NCBI RefSeq assembly: GCF_036971445.1
Contig: NC_091475.1
Coordinates: 26,660,001 to 26,724,000 of the forward strand
From: Narcine bancroftii
Lineage: Eukaryota
Direction: 5' to 3'
Length of the DNA stretch: 64,000 nt
The notes below the pieces were generated by a model. The model did not search any database. It was given only the letters and a program-made list of their open reading frames with translations, and had not been told where the DNA came from. This document shows positions 63,459 to 64,000 of the stretch, in pieces. Both the position numbers and the translations under genes were made by a program. Position 1 is the first letter of the stretch. Every line of letters begins with the position of its first letter.

Positions 63459-64000
63459 CTGTATAAAGAAATACAGAAGCAAATTCAATTCATTTCTTCT
63501 CAAAGGATTGACAAAATCTCAAAGATGAATGGAATTTTATTCTAATAAGCAAGAGAATCAGCTACCCAGTATTCAATTGATATTATTGTTACCTTGATGC
63601 AATTCTTAAAAAATAAGACAACTTATTTTACAAGTGATCACTGCTTACAATAGACAACAAAGATTTTTCTTCCTGAACACTTTTGAATATATTTCATGGA
63701 TTTTGAGCTGTTGGTCACAAAAATCACCTTCATATTTTTTTCGATATAACCTATTTTTGTGATATCCTGTTATATTTTAAGTCTACATAGCACAGCATGC
63801 TGTTTTGGTCAGTCCAAGGATGCCTGGGCATATATGCCTGGCCATGTGCTATGCAAATGTTGTCTTAGGCCTGGGCATGTTTAGTCAGGATAGATACAGA
63901 CAGGCTATAAAAGTAGATCACATATACAGATGCTGTGCACTACAAACTACATCCAGCTGATTGAACATATGCTTCAAGCACACAAAAACGATGAAGTGCA

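Noticed and set aside
63560-63640. Leader exon using the AAG|gtaac donor near 63592
   Set aside because: The required phase-1 frame has a stop just upstream and no hydrophobic signal sequence. The leader probably lies beyond the window.
1-64000. Prokaryotic defence system, CRISPR array or operon
   Set aside because: The sequence is intron-containing vertebrate DNA. There is no repeat-spacer array or operon-like ORF packing.

Overview
This is vertebrate genomic DNA, not prokaryotic. The repeat families (V-SINE, CR1, Rex1/Babar, Penelope, RTE, L1) point to a cartilaginous fish, probably a ray; that assignment is an inference. The right third (42386-63458, minus strand) holds one spliced host gene: an EWI-family immunoglobulin-superfamily membrane protein with seven V-type Ig exons and a transmembrane/cytoplasmic exon. 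All introns are phase 1 with GT-AG ends, giving 1009 residues plus an upstream leader exon not found in the window. It best fits CD101/IGSF2, with IGSF3-like as the alternative. The left 42 kb shows no recognisable host exons and is a mosaic of transposons. Main points of interest: (1) a full-length, TSD-flanked L1 derivative with intact ORF1 and ORF2 almost wholly deleted (HAL1-like), plus two 5'-truncated relatives; (2) an in-frame stop overlapping AATAAA just inside the intron after the last Ig exon, a possible secreted isoform; (3) the last two Ig exons look like an internal duplication; (4) Penelope-derived repeats with hammerhead-ribozyme-like cores; (5) several short local sequence duplications resembling templated insertions. 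Family assignments come from motif recognition only; no database search was run.
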